Assembly: GCA_944372195.1 (NCBI GenBank)
Contig: CALVYK010000002.1
Span: 4,422 to 68,421 of the forward strand
Reading direction: 5' to 3'
Source of the DNA: an uncultured Bacilli bacterium
GTDB taxonomy: Bacteria > Bacillota_I > Bacilli_A > RF39 > UBA660
DNA length: 64,000 nucleotides
Shown here: piece by piece, positions 1 through 13,348 of the stretch
Layout of the letters: the number at the start of each line of letters is the position of its first letter
Position numbering within the stretch: position 1 is the stretch's first letter
The notes under the pieces: model-generated
Seen by the model: the letters and a program-made list of their open reading frames with translations, nothing else
What the model was told of the DNA's origin: nothing
The model's database searches: none
Translations under genes and position numbers: made by a program

Positions 1-1016
1 ATTTTAGCGGCTAAATCAGTTTTATTAATTACAATTAAATAATTTTTATCTTTAATATTATCTAATAATTCCATATCTTCATTAGTTAATTCTTCATTAT
101 TATTAAGTAATAATAAAACTAAATCAGAATTATTCATTAAATCAATACTTTTATTAACTCCAATACTTTCAACCACATCATTAGTTTCTCTTATTCCTGC
201 CGTATCAATTAAATTAACTATTATTCCATCAATATTTATTGTACCTTCAACACAATCTCTAGTAGTACCTGCAATGTCAGTTACAATTGCTTTATTATCT
301 TCTAATAAACAGTTTAATAAACTACTTTTACCAACATTTGGTCTACCTATTAAAGCAACATTTATTCCTTCTTTAACAATTTTACCATTTTCACTTTTAT
401 TAAGAATTGTTTTAATACTATTTTCAATATCAGATATTCTTTCACCTAACATTTTAGTAGTCATTTCTTCTATGTCTTCATATTCTGGATAATCGATATT
501 AACTTCAATATTAGCAAGTATTTCAATAATACTTTGTCTTAAATCTTTAATTAATTGTGATGTACTACCATCTACTTGATTGATAGCTAAATTACGTGAT
601 ATTTCAGTTTTAGAGTTAATTAAATCCATAATTCCTTCAGCTTCGATTAAATCAATTCTTCCATTTAAAAAGGCTCTTTTGGTAAATTCACCAGGTTCAG
701 CTAATCTACATCCATTAGTTAGTAATAATTCTAATACTTTATTAGTTGTTGCAATACCACCATGACAATTAATTTCAACTATATCTTCTTTAGTAAATGT
801 TTTAGGAGCTTTCATAACAGAAATTAAAACTTCATCAATTATTTTATCTTTTTCAACAATATAATCATAATTAATAGTATGAGAATCTACTTTATCCAGT
901 TTTTTAAACTTAGTTATTTTATTTACTATATTAATTGCTTCATTGCCACTTACTCGTATTATTGATATTGCACCAACACCTAAAGCTGTGGAAATGGCTG
1001 CTATTGTATCTTCCAT
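1..1016 (-). CDS. mnmE: tRNA modification GTPase MnmE (TrmE). The 5' part is present and the 3' end runs off the left edge of the window
   Basis: The reverse-strand translation from the ATG at 1014-1016 reads MEDTIAAISTALGVGAISIIRVSGNEAINIV, a typical MnmE N-terminus. The frame stays open to position 1. The plus-strand ORFs here in the track are antisense artefacts. Confidence 0.85.
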   Translation of the reverse strand, partial: MEDTIAAISTALGVGAISIIRVSGNEAINIVNKITKFKKLDKVDSHTINYDYIVEKDKIIDEVLISVMKAPKTFTKEDIVEINCHGGIATTNKVLELLLTNGCRLAEPGEFTKRAFLNGRIDLIEAEGIMDLINSKTEISRNLAINQVDGSTSQLIKDLRQSIIEILANIEVNIDYPEYEDIEEMTTKMLGERISDIENSIKTILNKSENGKIVKEGINVALIGRPNVGKSSLLNCLLEDNKAIVTDIAGTTRDCVEGTINIDGIIVNLIDTAGIRETNDVVESIGVNKSIDLMNNSDLVLLLLNNNEELTNEDMELLDNIKDKNYLIVINKTDLAAK

Positions 1017-1020
1017 ATTA

Positions 1021-1536
1021 TCACTTCTTTCTTAAACCTACATATTTATACCATTCTTTAGGACTTTTAAATACTTCTAAAGAACAATATTTATCAATAA
1101 GACATATTAACCAACTTTCATAATATAGTGGTGGAATAAAATTTAAAGGAAACATATGTCTTTTGATTATGTTTTCTACCTTTTTATCAATTAAATCTGG
1201 AAATAATTTTTTTGAATTTTCTAAAGCTTCTTTTGCATGAACAAAACCATGTTGTTTCCTTAATGGTTGCTTTTCTTTATTTAATTGCCAATCTTTATAA
1301 TAAAAATCGTGTAACAGTCCGCCAATGGCTGCAGCTTTATAATCAAGACCTAATTTTTTAGCCAAATGATATGATTTTAAAGAAACCATCAAACTATGTC
1401 CATAAACTGATCTATGTTCATGATGATTAAAATTTTTTCTTTTTATAAATTCTTCATTGGATATAATTGGATTTATTATACTTAAATATTCATCATCTAA
1501 TTCATTCAATATTTTAGTTGGTAATTGTTCAGACAT
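1021..1536 (-). CDS. HD-domain phosphohydrolase
   Basis: 171 aa with H..H and LLHDFYY (HD) motifs. Confidence 0.7.
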   Translation of the reverse strand: MSEQLPTKILNELDDEYLSIINPIISNEEFIKRKNFNHHEHRSVYGHSLMVSLKSYHLAKKLGLDYKAAAIGGLLHDFYYKDWQLNKEKQPLRKQHGFVHAKEALENSKKLFPDLIDKKVENIIKRHMFPLNFIPPLYYESWLICLIDKYCSLEVFKSPKEWYKYVGLRKK

Positions 1537-1602
1537 ATTTGAACCCCTTTCATCTAAAATATTATAAAATAAGTTTAAACAATAATCAAGAAAAAAAGAC
1601 CA

Positions 1603-2202
1603 TTAGTCTTTAATTTTTATAACAGTATATCTATTTGGAGATTCGCCATAACTAATAGATTGTAATCCTTCAAATTCTGCTACAATAGAATGAACTTTTC
1701 TTCTTTCATATGAATTCATTGGATCTAATTTAACTTCAACTTTAGTTTTTAAAACTTCTTTACAGATTTTTTTAACTTCATATTCTAAATTTTTTATTTT
1801 TTTAGCTTTATAATTACTTACATCAACTATAATTCTTAAATCAAATTGATTTAATTCTTTAAAAGATTGTCTTAAAATTAATTGAATTGCATTTAATGTT
1901 TTACCATCTTTACCTATTAAAATATTATTATTATCACTTACTAATAAAATATTAATATTATTTTCTTCAAATCTTATTTCTGAATTAATTTCTAAATTCA
2001 TATTTTTACTTAATTCATTAATAAATGATTTTATTGAAGATATAATTTCTTCTTTTGTTATTGCTTCTAATTGATATTTTTTACCTTTAAATAAACCACT
2101 TTCTAATTCTTTTGTTACCATGTAGGCATTTTCTAATTCATTTGAACATTGTTCTTTTAATAAATCAACATTTTTTCCTTCATATTTATGCAATGTGATC
2201 AT
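1603..2202 (-). CDS. jag: Jag/KhpB RNA-binding protein (KH + R3H domains)
   Basis: The C-terminal ERRKVHSIV motif is R3H-like. The gene sits downstream of yidC, as in the spoIIIJ-jag operon. Confidence 0.85.
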   Translation of the reverse strand: MITLHKYEGKNVDLLKEQCSNELENAYMVTKELESGLFKGKKYQLEAITKEEIISSIKSFINELSKNMNLEINSEIRFEENNINILLVSDNNNILIGKDGKTLNAIQLILRQSFKELNQFDLRIIVDVSNYKAKKIKNLEYEVKKICKEVLKTKVEVKLDPMNSYERRKVHSIVAEFEGLQSISYGESPNRYTVIKIKD

Positions 2203-3193
2203 TTTTCTTTCTCCTTTTAACTAATAAATTTTGAACTATTGTAAAACTACTATTAACAATCCAATATAAAGCTATACCAGTAGATATTGTAAATGAAGCT
2301 ATTGAAATCATTACTATACTTATATTCATCATCATCTTCATTTGATTAGCTTGTTCACCAGATGGATTCATTGATGAATTTAATTTAAATGAGAAATAAG
2401 TAGCCGCGATAACTAATGCACTAAAAATTAAATAATAAAATTGACCATTTGATAATGCATTAAGAGGTGTTAAACCTAAATTAATACCATAGAAGTTTTC
2501 TTCTAAAACAACTGGTAATCTATATAATGCTTCATAGAAAGCAAAGAATAATGGAATTTGAATTAAAGCAAATAGACATCCAGACATTGGATTAATATTA
2601 TAATCTTTATATATTTTCATCATTTCTTGGGCTTTTAACATTTGAGATTGTTGATCATTTCTATTTTTATATTTTAATTCTAACTTATCTAATTTTGATT
2701 TAGCAGCATTTAAATTTTCTGATTGCATTGCTGTTTTTTGTGTCAATGGGAATAAAACTAATCTAATTAATATTGTAACTAAGATAATAGACCAACCATA
2801 ATTTTTAGTAAATGTTCCTATTTGAATAATTAACCAAGCTAATGTTTTAACAAATAAAGTAGTCCATAACCCCTCATTTTGGGCAAAAACTTGAAATTCA
2901 GTACAATATGCAACATTTGATATATCAAATGTATTATTTAATTCTTCTATTTTTTTATCATATTCTTCTTGACTAATACTATTATTATTTAATTGTTCAT
3001 CTAATTTTGATTTGTTTTGTTCTTTTAATTTATTAAATTCTTCTTCAGTTGCTTCTGTTTTGCACAAAATATTTTCAACAACTCTTTGACCTGTTGATTC
3101 AATAACAACAGGTTGTTTTTCATATGTTTTATATTTTGTGCATCCTGTAAGTAATAAAATTGCTGTTAAAATTAATATAATTTTTTTATTCAT
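2186..3193 (-). CDS. yidC: Membrane protein insertase YidC/SpoIIIJ (lipoprotein)
   Basis: It has an LLLTGC lipobox and multi-pass 60-kDa-insertase-like sequence. The rnpA-yidC-jag synteny fits. Confidence 0.9.
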   Translation of the reverse strand: MNKKIILILTAILLLTGCTKYKTYEKQPVVIESTGQRVVENILCKTEATEEEFNKLKEQNKSKLDEQLNNNSISQEEYDKKIEELNNTFDISNVAYCTEFQVFAQNEGLWTTLFVKTLAWLIIQIGTFTKNYGWSIILVTILIRLVLFPLTQKTAMQSENLNAAKSKLDKLELKYKNRNDQQSQMLKAQEMMKIYKDYNINPMSGCLFALIQIPLFFAFYEALYRLPVVLEENFYGINLGLTPLNALSNGQFYYLIFSALVIAATYFSFKLNSSMNPSGEQANQMKMMMNISIVMISIASFTISTGIALYWIVNSSFTIVQNLLVKRRKKNDHIA

Positions 3194-3530
3194 CTTTTTC
3201 TCCTTTAATTAAATTATTTTTCAATAATACTTCTAATAAATTTAATTCCATTTCATTAAAAGATTTATTTAAAATATTACTACCTACTATTATAATACAA
3301 TTAAAGCCATTTTGGTAGTCTTTTTTAGCAACAATATTCCTTAATTGTCTTTTTACCTTATTTCTTGTAACTGCTTTTCCAACTTTTTTACCAACAGAAA
3401 AACCAAATCGATAATTATTTTCCTTATTTCTTTCTATATATAGAATATAATCCTTATATTTATATGGCTTATTATTTTTAATTATTCTTTGAAAATCTAA
3501 ATTTGATTTAACAATATGCTCTTTATTCAT
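3186..3530 (-). CDS. rnpA: RNase P protein component
   Basis: 114 aa and basic, containing FGFSVGKKVGKAVTRNKVKRQLR. It lies between rpmH and yidC. Confidence 0.9.
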   Translation of the reverse strand: MNKEHIVKSNLDFQRIIKNNKPYKYKDYILYIERNKENNYRFGFSVGKKVGKAVTRNKVKRQLRNIVAKKDYQNGFNCIIIVGSNILNKSFNEMELNLLEVLLKNNLIKGEKDE

Positions 3531-3577
3531 ATAATCACTCCTGCATTAAGAAAACACCACTGTTTATCAGTGGTGTA

Positions 3578-3700
3578 CTAATGAGCTAAAACTTTACGTC
3601 CTTTTTTACGACGACTACTTATTACCTTAGTTTTAACACGTGCTAAGAAACCCATTTTTTTACTTCTTTTTCTATTATTTGGTTGATAAGTTCTTTTCAT
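3578..3700 (-). CDS. rpmH: 50S ribosomal protein L34
   Basis: My hand translation is [40 protein letters not shown] (40 aa). This is below the ORF-track size cutoff. A GGAGG RBS lies upstream. Confidence 0.9.
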   Translation of the reverse strand: MKRTYQPNNRKRSKKMGFLARVKTKVISSRRKKGRKVLAH

Positions 3701-4156
3701 TTATAATCCACCTCCAAAATTTCGTTTTTTTGATTGCTTTATTAATTATATAGATAAAAGTTAATTTTGTCAAATATTTTATTTAATTTTTTTAAATATC
3801 TTTAATATTAAAACATAATTATTAATTTATAATTAATAATCAAAATTATATTTACTATTATAATACTTATTTTTTCAAAGATACGATCTATATTGAAAAA
3901 CTTATTTGTCATATTAGCTATTAAAATATTATTTATAAAAAGATAGTAAAAACTTAGTATATATTCATATTATATAATTTTTTTTATAATTTAAAAAAAT
4001 TTAATTCATAAAAAACATTTTACAAACAAATAATTAAATAATTACTTTTATATATTAATTAATATGAATACATAATTAATTTAATTAAAATTTTTATGTT
4101 AAAAATCATATTTTTTATATACTATACATTAACATTCAATTGATAAAATTTAATAG

Positions 4157-4306
4157 TTATCCACAATTTATTAAGTTATCCACATTTTTATTAACAATTG
4201 TGTAATATTTTATTAACAATTTCTTTGACATGTGGATACAGTTATCCACAAATATGTGTATAACTATTATTTCCCAATAATTTTAAGTATATTAGTGTGT
4301 GGAAAA
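4157..4306. promoter_or_regulatory. oriC part 1: DnaA-box cluster upstream of dnaA, preceded by a long A+T-only tract (about 3720-4150)
   Basis: Perfect TTATCCACA boxes at 4157-4165, 4176-4184 and 4242-4250. Reverse GTATCCACA at 4231-4239 and reverse TTTTCCACA at 4298-4306. Confidence 0.85.
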
Positions 4307-4384
4307 TATGTTTTTTTTTATTTTTTTATAGCGTTTTTCATTAAAATAGTGTAGAATATATGTGTATAAAGTGGGTGATAATGT

Positions 4385-5746
4385 ATGGATATCAACAATA
4401 TTTGGAATTCTTTTTTAGAAAAAATGGAACAAAATCTAACACCAGTATTATATGATATGTGGTTTTCTGAAACTAAATTGGTAGAACTAAATGAAGAGTA
4501 TGCTAAAATATTGGTTCCAATGCCAGTGCATAAAAAACATTTAAAAGAAAATTATATTGATTTAATTGAAAAAACTTTTACTGATGTTACTGGTTCTATT
4601 TTTAAATTTGAGTTTGTAACAGAGGATGAATTAAATAGTAAAAATGTCATCGATGTTGATGAAATTGGAGTTCCGGAATCTGCTATTTTCCAGTCTAATC
4701 TAGATCCAAAGTATACTTTTGAATCTTTTGTTTCAGGAAGTAGTAATAAATTTGCAAAAGCATCTGCATTAGCAGTAGCTGAACAACCTGGTAGTATGTA
4801 TAATCCTTTATTTATATATGGGAAAAGTGGGTTAGGAAAAACACATTTAATGCACGCAATAGGTAATTATATAAAGGAAAATAGTAGAAAAAAGGTTTTG
4901 TATGTTACAGCAGACACTTTTGTTAATGATTTTTTAAAAATATATAGAAAAGATAATGATAGCAATTTTGATAATATTGATAATTTTAAAGAAAAATATC
5001 GTAATGTTGATGTACTTATGATAGATGATATTCAATATTTAGAAATAGCCCATAAAACACAACAAGAATTCTTCAATACTTTTAATGATTTATACACAAA
5101 TAATAAACAAATTATTATTGCTTCTGATAGATCTCCAGATGATTTAAAAAAATTAGAAGAAAGATTAAGAACACGATTTGTATGGGGATTAATAGTAAAT
5201 ATTCTTCCACCAGATTATCAATTAAGAATTGATATAATTGATCGTAAAATTGATAGTAATAATTTAAATACATTTTTTCCACAGGATGTTAAAGAATATA
5301 TTGCTAATAATTGTACTACAGATATTAGAAAACTTGAAGGAGCAATAACAAGGACCATTGCGTATGCTACTATTATGAATGGTTCTGATATAACATTGGA
5401 ACTTGCTATGGATGCTTTAAAAGATTATTTTGGTGGAAGCGTTATATCTAAAAATAAAATTGAGCAGGTACAACAAATAATCGCTAATAATTATAATATT
5501 GGCATTGAAGATATAAGAGGAAAAAGAAAATCAAATGACATAACAATTCCAAGACAAATTGCTATGTATATTTGTAGAATTTATTTAAAAGAATCATTAC
5601 CTAAAATAGGTGCTGAATTTGGTGGAAAAGATCATACAACAGTTATGCATGCTGTTAATAAAATTAAAAAAGAAGTCGAAACTAACGATGAACTAAATAT
5701 TGAAATAAATAAAGTTATTTCCCAACTACCGTGGATAACTAAATAA
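4385..5746 (+). CDS. dnaA: Chromosomal replication initiator DnaA
   Basis: Walker A GKSGLGKTHL, and a C-terminal DNA-binding helix DHTTVMHA. Confidence 0.97.
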   Translation: MDINNIWNSFLEKMEQNLTPVLYDMWFSETKLVELNEEYAKILVPMPVHKKHLKENYIDLIEKTFTDVTGSIFKFEFVTEDELNSKNVIDVDEIGVPESAIFQSNLDPKYTFESFVSGSSNKFAKASALAVAEQPGSMYNPLFIYGKSGLGKTHLMHAIGNYIKENSRKKVLYVTADTFVNDFLKIYRKDNDSNFDNIDNFKEKYRNVDVLMIDDIQYLEIAHKTQQEFFNTFNDLYTNNKQIIIASDRSPDDLKKLEERLRTRFVWGLIVNILPPDYQLRIDIIDRKIDSNNLNTFFPQDVKEYIANNCTTDIRKLEGAITRTIAYATIMNGSDITLELAMDALKDYFGGSVISKNKIEQVQQIIANNYNIGIEDIRGKRKSNDITIPRQIAMYICRIYLKESLPKIGAEFGGKDHTTVMHAVNKIKKEVETNDELNIEINKVISQLPWITK

Positions 5747-5820
5747 TTTCTACATAGTTATCCACCTTATAAAATAAGTTATTTTATAAAGGTTTTATAA
5801 AGTTATCCACATTATCCACA
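5730..5820. promoter_or_regulatory. oriC part 2: DnaA-box cluster between dnaA and dnaN
   Basis: Reverse TTATCCACG at 5730-5738 and TTATCCACC at 5758-5766. Two abutting perfect TTATCCACA boxes lie at 5803-5811 and 5812-5820. Confidence 0.8.
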
Positions 5821-5873
5821 TCTATAATAATAATATATATATATAATATAAATAAAAAAAGGAGCTGAAAATT

Positions 5874-6995
5874 ATGAACTTTAAAATAAAAAAAGAACAC
5901 TTAATAAAACATTTAAATTATGTTATAAAAGGTATATCAAACAAAAATATTAGACCAATTCTTAATTGTATTAAATTTGAATTAACAAACGAAGGATTAT
6001 ATTTATCAAGTACTGATAATGAAATAGCAATAAAAACATTTATTACTAAAAATGAAATAGAAGAAGATTATAGCTGTGGAAAATTTGTAGTATTTGGAAA
6101 ATATATATATGAAATTATTAGAAAACTTCCAAATGAAATAATAAGTATTGAAGAAGTAATGGATTCTAAAATATTTATTTCCACAGCAAACAGTTCTTTT
6201 TCATTAAATTGTAATAATGTTAATGAATTTCCTGATTTAGAATTAGAGGATAGTAAAAATCCTATTATATTAAGTAATAAAGTCTTAAAAAATATTTTTA
6301 ATCAAACAACTTTTGCTGCATCAACTCAAGAATCTCGTCCAGCAATTACAGGTATGAACTTTAAAATATCTAAAAATATCTTAGAATGTACTGCTACAGA
6401 TTCATATAGATTAGCTAAAAAAACAATTAATTTAGAAAATACTGTGGATGAAGATGTTAACATTATAATTCCAACTAAAAATTTAATTGAATTATCAAGA
6501 ATGTTTAGTGATGATGAAGAAAATGTAGAAATCCACATATTTAATAATAAAATAATATTTAAATTTGGAACAATCATTATGTTATCAAGATTAATAAATG
6601 GTACTTATCCTGATGTTTCAAGATTAATTCCAAATGATTTCTTATTAAAAATAACTGTGGATATGCATGATTTTTATGCTTTATTAGATCGTGTTTCACT
6701 ATTTTCCACAGAAGAAGAAAAAAATACTGTTAAATTAGAATGTACAGATAATACTGTGGTAGTAACATCTAATATTCCAGAAATAGGTAATGTTGTGGAA
6801 AAGATTGAGGTTGAAAAAAATAATGATGAAAATATTAAAATTGCTTTTTCATCCAAATATATGATGGATGCAATCAAGGTATTAGATTGTGATAAAATTG
6901 AATTAGCTTTCAACGGTGAAATAAAACCAATCATTATAAAAAATCCAGAAGATGAAAATTTAATTCAACTAATTGTACCTATAAAAACTTATTAA
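5874..6995 (+). CDS. dnaN: DNA polymerase III beta sliding clamp
   Basis: 373 aa, and the dnaA-dnaN synteny fits. Confidence 0.95.
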   Translation: MNFKIKKEHLIKHLNYVIKGISNKNIRPILNCIKFELTNEGLYLSSTDNEIAIKTFITKNEIEEDYSCGKFVVFGKYIYEIIRKLPNEIISIEEVMDSKIFISTANSSFSLNCNNVNEFPDLELEDSKNPIILSNKVLKNIFNQTTFAASTQESRPAITGMNFKISKNILECTATDSYRLAKKTINLENTVDEDVNIIIPTKNLIELSRMFSDDEENVEIHIFNNKIIFKFGTIIMLSRLINGTYPDVSRLIPNDFLLKITVDMHDFYALLDRVSLFSTEEEKNTVKLECTDNTVVVTSNIPEIGNVVEKIEVEKNNDENIKIAFSSKYMMDAIKVLDCDKIELAFNGEIKPIIIKNPEDENLIQLIVPIKTY

Positions 6996-7106
6996 AATAC
7001 AATAAATTTGTATTTTTTTTATATTTTCGACACAATTTGACATAATTCGACATACCAGTTGTGATATAAGAGATTAGCCAATTAATTTGGCTAGAGGGGG
7101 TGTTTT

Positions 7107-7571
7107 ATGATTGATGAGTATTTTATTAATGAAGATACGTTATTATTAATGCCAAAAGATAAGAAAACAACTAAAATATATGATATTAATGGTGAATATA
7201 CAATAAAAAAAAATATCTTTAATGTTGTGGATGAAAGTTGTCAATATTATGGCAGTAATTATAATGGCAGGTATGTAAGTGCTAAAAAGACATTAGATAT
7301 GGATTACAAATTACCTATTATAATTGATGAAGTAAAAGAAGTAGTTTTATTTCCCACTTGTTCACCTAAATTAAATAATTGTATTTGGATATGTGTTAAT
7401 AATGTGGAAAATTATAGCAAAAACAAGAAAAATTCAGTTATTAAATTCACTAATGGCGAAACACACGAAGTTAATATTACTATCAATGTTTTAGAAAATC
7501 AGATTCTAAGAGCAACAATGTTATTAATGAAGTTAAAAAAAAGAAAATCTAATCCAAAAAAAATAGGCTAA
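7107..7571 (+). CDS. comK: ComK-family competence transcription factor homologue
   Basis: VVDESCQYYGSNYNGR...KLPIIID...VVLFPTCSP...CIWI...FTNGETHEV...LENQILRA aligns motif for motif with B. subtilis ComK (IVDRSCRFFGSSYAGR...KPPIMVD...IFLFPTLSS...CGWI...FSNGKTMEL...FENQVYRTA). Confidence 0.75.
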   Translation: MIDEYFINEDTLLLMPKDKKTTKIYDINGEYTIKKNIFNVVDESCQYYGSNYNGRYVSAKKTLDMDYKLPIIIDEVKEVVLFPTCSPKLNNCIWICVNNVENYSKNKKNSVIKFTNGETHEVNITINVLENQILRATMLLMKLKKRKSNPKKIG

Positions 7572-7583
7572 ATGCCTATTTTT
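7561..7583 (+). terminator. Candidate intrinsic terminator after the comK-like gene
   Basis: 8-bp stem AAATAGGC / GCCTATTT with a 5-nt loop, followed by a short T run. It overlaps the stop codon. Confidence 0.4.
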
Positions 7584-7690
7584 ATGCTTTTTTAACGCTA
7601 TTTTATGATATAATATATATATGAGTATGGGTGTACATAAATACATAAAATACGAAAATTTGGACATTTATTAAAAAAAGAGGTGACTTT

Positions 7691-10725
<3,035 letters not shown>

Positions 10726-10737
10726 GAGGTGAAATAA

Positions 10738-13176
10738 ATGGATAAATATGAACAAAGAAATATTGTTGATGAAGTAAAGCAATCATTCATTGATTATTCT
10801 ATGAGCGTTATAGTATCACGTGCTTTACCTGATTTAAAAGATGGATTAAAACCAGTTCACAGACGTATTTTATATACAATGTTTGAAGACAATTTAACGC
10901 CAGATAAACCTTTCAGGAAAAGTGCTACTACAGTCGGAGCAGTTTTAGGTAGATACCACCCACATGGTGATACTTCTGTTTATGATGCTATGGTTCGTAT
11001 GGCCCAAGACTTTAGTTATCGTTATGTTTTAGTAGAAGGACATGGTAACTTTGGATCAATAGATGGTGATGGTGCTGCGGCTTATCGTTATACAGAAGCA
11101 AGATTATCTAAATTATCTTTAGAATTATTAAGAGATATCAATAAAAATACAATTGATTTTGTGCCTAACTTTGATAATACAACTAAAGAACCTGTTGTAT
11201 TACCAAGTAGATTTCCTAATATTTTAGTAAGTGGAACAATGGGAATTGCTGTAGGTATGGCAACCAATATCCCACCACATAATTTAGGAGAAGTAATTGA
11301 TGGTTGTGTTGCTTATATTGATAATAATGATATAACAATACCAGAATTAATGGAATATATTAAAGGTCCTGATTTTCCAACTGCTGCTACAATCTTGGGA
11401 AATAGTGGTATTAAAAAGGCTTATGAGACAGGTAAAGGTACAATTACCATTCGAAGTAAAGTAGAAATAGTTGAAAATAATAATAAAACACAAATTATTG
11501 TTACTGAACTACCTTATCAAGTAAATAAAAAAGCATTACAAGAAAGAATTGCTGAATTAGTAAGAGATAAAATAATTGATGGTATTAGTGATCTACATGA
11601 TGAAACTAACTTAAAAAATGGTATTAAATTAGTTATCACTCTTAAAAAAGAAGCGAATGCTAATGTTGTACTTAATAATTTATATAAACATACTCAATTA
11701 CAAACAAATTTTGGTATTATTTTCTTAATGTTAGATGAAGGCCAACCAAAAATATTAAATTTAAAAGAAATTATTTCAAAATATGTTGATTATCAAAAAA
11801 TAATTATTATTAGAAGAACAAAATTTGAATTAGATAAAGCAGAAAAAAGAGTTCATATCTTAGAAGGATATAAAATTGCTCTTGATAACATTGATGAAGT
11901 TATTAAAATCATTAAAAATGCTGAAAGTGATGTCGTTGCTAAACAACAATTAATGAATAGATTTAATTTAACTGATATTCAGTCTGATGCTATTTTAGAA
12001 ATGAAGTTAAGAAGATTAACTGGATTAGAAAGAAGTAAAATAGAGGAAGAATTGAAAGAATTATTAGCATTAATTGATGAATTAAAATCTATTTTAGCAA
12101 GTGATGAAAAGATTTTAAATATAATTAAAGAAGAATTAATTGCTATTAAAGAAAAATATAGTGATGAAAGAAGAACTCATATCGACATGACAGCTGTTGA
12201 ATATATTGAAGATGAATCATTAATTCCAGTTGAAGATATAGTCGTAACTTTAACAAATAAAGGATATATTAAACGTATTACTACGGAAACATATCGTACA
12301 CAAAATAGAGGTGGTGTAGGAGTTAAAGGTATGACGACAAATGAAGATGATTTTGTTGAAAATATTATATCAATGACTACTCATGATTATTTGTTATTCT
12401 TTACAAATAACGGTAAAGTATATCGTATTAAAGGTTATGAAGTACCTCTTTATTCTCGTCAATCTAAAGGGTTACCTATTATTAATTTATTATCATTGGA
12501 TAAAGATGAAGTTGTTAAAGTTATGCTTAAAGTAAGTACTAATGATGACAATAATTATCTTGTATTTTGTACACAAAAAGGTTTAATTAAAAGGACAAAC
12601 ATTAGTGAATTTGAAAATATAAGAGCAAATGGTAAGATAGCCATCACTTTAAAAGAAGATGATGAATTGATAGCAGTTAAGAAAACAACTGGTGAAAATG
12701 AAATTATTATAGCTGCATCAAATGGTCGTATGATTAGATTTGATGAAAAAGAAATTAGAGTTATGGGTAGAACTGCATCTGGTGTTCGAGGAATAGATAT
12801 TGGCGATGGTGTAGCTGTAGGTTGTGAAATAGCTGAACCAAACCAAGAAATATTAGTTGTTACTGAAAATGGATACGGTAAAAGAACTGGTGTTGAAGAA
12901 TATCGTATGACACATCGTGGTAGTAAAGGAGTAAAAGGATTAAATGTAACTGAAAAAAATGGTAACATAGTTTCATTTAAAACTGTTCATGGTGATGAAG
13001 ATTTAATGATTATAACTAATAACGGAATAATTATTCGATTACCTATTGAGCAAGTATCTACTACTGGTAGAGTTGCACAAGGTGTTAGATTGATCAATCT
13101 TAAAGATGGTCAAAAAGTTTCAACAGTAGCTATGATTAAGAAAGAAGAATCAAATAATATATCAGAAGAAAAATAA
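10738..13176 (+). CDS. gyrA: DNA gyrase subunit A
   Basis: [17 protein letters not shown], the QRDR-like segment [17 protein letters not shown], and the catalytic AAYRYTE. Confidence 0.98.
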   Translation: MDKYEQRNIVDEVKQSFIDYSMSVIVSRALPDLKDGLKPVHRRILYTMFEDNLTPDKPFRKSATTVGAVLGRYHPHGDTSVYDAMVRMAQDFSYRYVLVEGHGNFGSIDGDGAAAYRYTEARLSKLSLELLRDINKNTIDFVPNFDNTTKEPVVLPSRFPNILVSGTMGIAVGMATNIPPHNLGEVIDGCVAYIDNNDITIPELMEYIKGPDFPTAATILGNSGIKKAYETGKGTITIRSKVEIVENNNKTQIIVTELPYQVNKKALQERIAELVRDKIIDGISDLHDETNLKNGIKLVITLKKEANANVVLNNLYKHTQLQTNFGIIFLMLDEGQPKILNLKEIISKYVDYQKIIIIRRTKFELDKAEKRVHILEGYKIALDNIDEVIKIIKNAESDVVAKQQLMNRFNLTDIQSDAILEMKLRRLTGLERSKIEEELKELLALIDELKSILASDEKILNIIKEELIAIKEKYSDERRTHIDMTAVEYIEDESLIPVEDIVVTLTNKGYIKRITTETYRTQNRGGVGVKGMTTNEDDFVENIISMTTHDYLLFFTNNGKVYRIKGYEVPLYSRQSKGLPIINLLSLDKDEVVKVMLKVSTNDDNNYLVFCTQKGLIKRTNISEFENIRANGKIAITLKEDDELIAVKKTTGENEIIIAASNGRMIRFDEKEIRVMGRTASGVRGIDIGDGVAVGCEIAEPNQEILVVTENGYGKRTGVEEYRMTHRGSKGVKGLNVTEKNGNIVSFKTVHGDEDLMIITNNGIIIRLPIEQVSTTGRVAQGVRLINLKDGQKVSTVAMIKKEESNNISEEK

Positions 13177-13190
13177 TTCTTCTTTTTTTA
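13164..13190 (+). terminator. gyrA intrinsic terminator
   Basis: 7-bp stem AGAAGAA / TTCTTCT with a 6-nt loop, then a T6 run. It overlaps the gyrA stop codon. Confidence 0.55.
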
Positions 13191-13348
13191 TTTAATAATT
13201 TAAAAATAATAAGATTTTCTAGTTTAATTTTAATAATTGTAACATTGACACATATATTTAAAATTAAATTTTTTTGCGTATTAAAGACATAACTTTCTTC
13301 TAATTTTAAAAATTGGAAATAAATTACTTAAGTTATTAAACAATTCAA

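Noticed and set aside
274-1123. Plus-strand ORFs 274-492, 580-765 and 935-1123.
   Set aside because: They are antisense to mnmE, whose N-terminus translates cleanly on the minus strand. They show no RBS and no recognisable motifs.
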